Source: an uncultured Acidobacteriota bacterium (GTDB taxonomy: Bacteria; Acidobacteriota; Thermoanaerobaculia; UBA5066; Gp7-AA6). Taken from it: 64,000 bases of DNA. The translations under genes were made by a program, and so were the position numbers. This document shows positions 62,887 to 64,000 of this stretch, piece by piece. Where the stretch lies: assembly GCA_963764715.1 (NCBI GenBank), contig CAVXTP010000022.1:384001-448000 (forward strand), given 5' to 3'. Each line of letters begins with the position of its first letter. Positions within the stretch are counted from its first letter, which is position 1. The notes under the pieces were generated by a model that ran no database searches, was not told the origin of the DNA, and saw only the letters and a program-made list of their open reading frames with translations.

Positions 62887-64000
62887 CTACGGGCCGTAGA
62901 GCAGAAGGCCGAACGTCTTGACGAGGAAGACCGCCATCTGTCCGCGGGTGTTGGGGTCGTCCGGGCAGTAGTTCCCGCCGCCGCAGCCGCCGGTGATTCC
63001 CTCGGCCGCGAGCTGCTCGATCCAGTCCGCGAAACCGCTCGGACACGGCACGTCCCCGAAGGTTCCCGTGCAGGCCGGCGGCACGTAGGACGAGCCGTGC
63101 TTCGACTTCAGGAGGAAGACCGCCATCTGGGCGCGGGTCACCGGGTTGTTCGGGCAGTAATTTCCGCTGCCGCAGCCGCCGGTCACCTTGAAGCCGGAGA
63201 GGGCCTCGATCCACGCCGAGGCGAAGGTTCCGGTGGTCACGTCGTTGAAGACGGTTCCGGTCGCCGGGGGCGGAACGTACGGCGTTCCGAACCGCGCCTT
63301 GAGGAGGAAGACCGCCATCTGCGCGCGGGTCACCGAGTTGCCGGGGCAGTAGTTGCCGAGGCCGCATCCGCCGGTGACCTGGCTGTGGAAGAGGGTCTCG
63401 ATGAACCGGTAGAACTGGTTGGACTTCGGCACGTCGGGGAAGCTCTCGCCGATGTGGAGCGTCCATTCCTTCGCGATCCCGTCGGGGCTCACGGTTTCGG
63501 TGAAGGTCGCATCCCAGTGCGGCTGGGGACGAGTGCCCGTCACCGTCATAAGGTAGCAATCGCCCGTGGCGTCGTTGCAGTCGGTGATCGACTCCGCGGG
63601 CACCGTACCGTAATCGGAGGAGGTGTCGTCGATCGTGTATGAAGGTCCGACGGGGCCCGTCAGACTCGATGCGACCCCAGTGATGGCATGGTCAGTCACG
63701 AGGGTGTTCTCCCAGCTCGGATCGACCTGCACGGTTTCCCCCGGTTCGAGAACGCCATTGGCGTCGGATACCGAGCCCGTGACGCTTCGCGCGTCGACCT
63801 CCATGGGCTGCGGCGTGACCGGGGCGGTCGTGATTCGCCCAATCCGGTTGCCCCACCGCTCACAAAACCATAGCGCGCCATCGGGCCCAACACCGATGCC
63901 GTAGGGCCGGCTGTCAGGGTTCGGAAGCGGGAACTCGGTGATGACCCCAGCTATCGTGATGCGTCCGACCATGTTGCCGAAATGTTCGGTAAACCAGACG
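62887..64000 (-). CDS. Vgb-like propeller + SLH-like repeat surface protein, 5' end beyond the window
   Basis: GPDGALWFCE..GNRIGRIT repeats; three G(I/V)TGGC...YCP...TR(A/G)QMAVFL-type repeats. Confidence 0.85.
   Translation of the reverse strand, partial: VWFTEHFGNMVGRITIAGVITEFPLPNPDSRPYGIGVGPDGALWFCERWGNRIGRITTAPVTPQPMEVDARSVTGSVSDANGVLEPGETVQVDPSWENTLVTDHAITGVASSLTGPVGPSYTIDDTSSDYGTVPAESITDCNDATGDCYLMTVTGTRPQPHWDATFTETVSPDGIAKEWTLHIGESFPDVPKSNQFYRFIETLFHSQVTGGCGLGNYCPGNSVTRAQMAVFLLKARFGTPYVPPPATGTVFNDVTTGTFASAWIEALSGFKVTGGCGSGNYCPNNPVTRAQMAVFLLKSKHGSSYVPPACTGTFGDVPCPSGFADWIEQLAAEGITGGCGGGNYCPDDPNTRGQMAVFLVKTFGLLLYGP

Noticed and set aside
63800-64000. Vgb-like repeats as streptogramin resistance
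   Set aside because: The repeats are fused to a surface-anchoring domain, so a generic propeller is more likely; the gene is incomplete here.

Overview
This is a 64-kb, very GC-rich bacterial chromosomal segment made mostly of housekeeping genes. The gene content suggests Acidobacteriota, possibly Thermoanaerobaculia-like (an inference). Order: scpA (partial)-trpS-M50 protease; an ECF sigma/anti-sigma/DUF4097 locus with two matching ECF promoters; NDUFA9-like SDR, recG, a cNMP-FHA protein, LD-carboxypeptidase, rnpB, an NYN protein and two DUF4388 proteins; uvrC and frameshifted uvrB; PBP1A; the rplI-rpsR-rpsF-pth-rplY-prs-tRNA-Gln-spoVG-ispE block; an MshEN-HU-MshEN-M50 cassette; dtd, murJ, ssb, nagZ, mutS, tsaB, rimI, psd, pssA; a frameshifted large sensor kinase; hutUH, purA and tRNA-Lys; then an accessory region with Cys-containing SLH surface proteins. 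The most notable observations are: (i) HU sandwiched between two ATPase-less MshEN (c-di-GMP motif) paralogues; (ii) four genes (recG, pth, psd, an M50 protease) whose conserved N-termini need a CTG or other non-canonical start, two of them exactly in frame behind the upstream stop; (iii) many genes with a -10 box 6 nt before the start codon (leaderless); (iv) a 64-bp in-frame duplication of the uvrB 3' end. I saw no CRISPR array, integrase, transposase or rRNA. All calls come from reading motifs by eye; no database searches were run.
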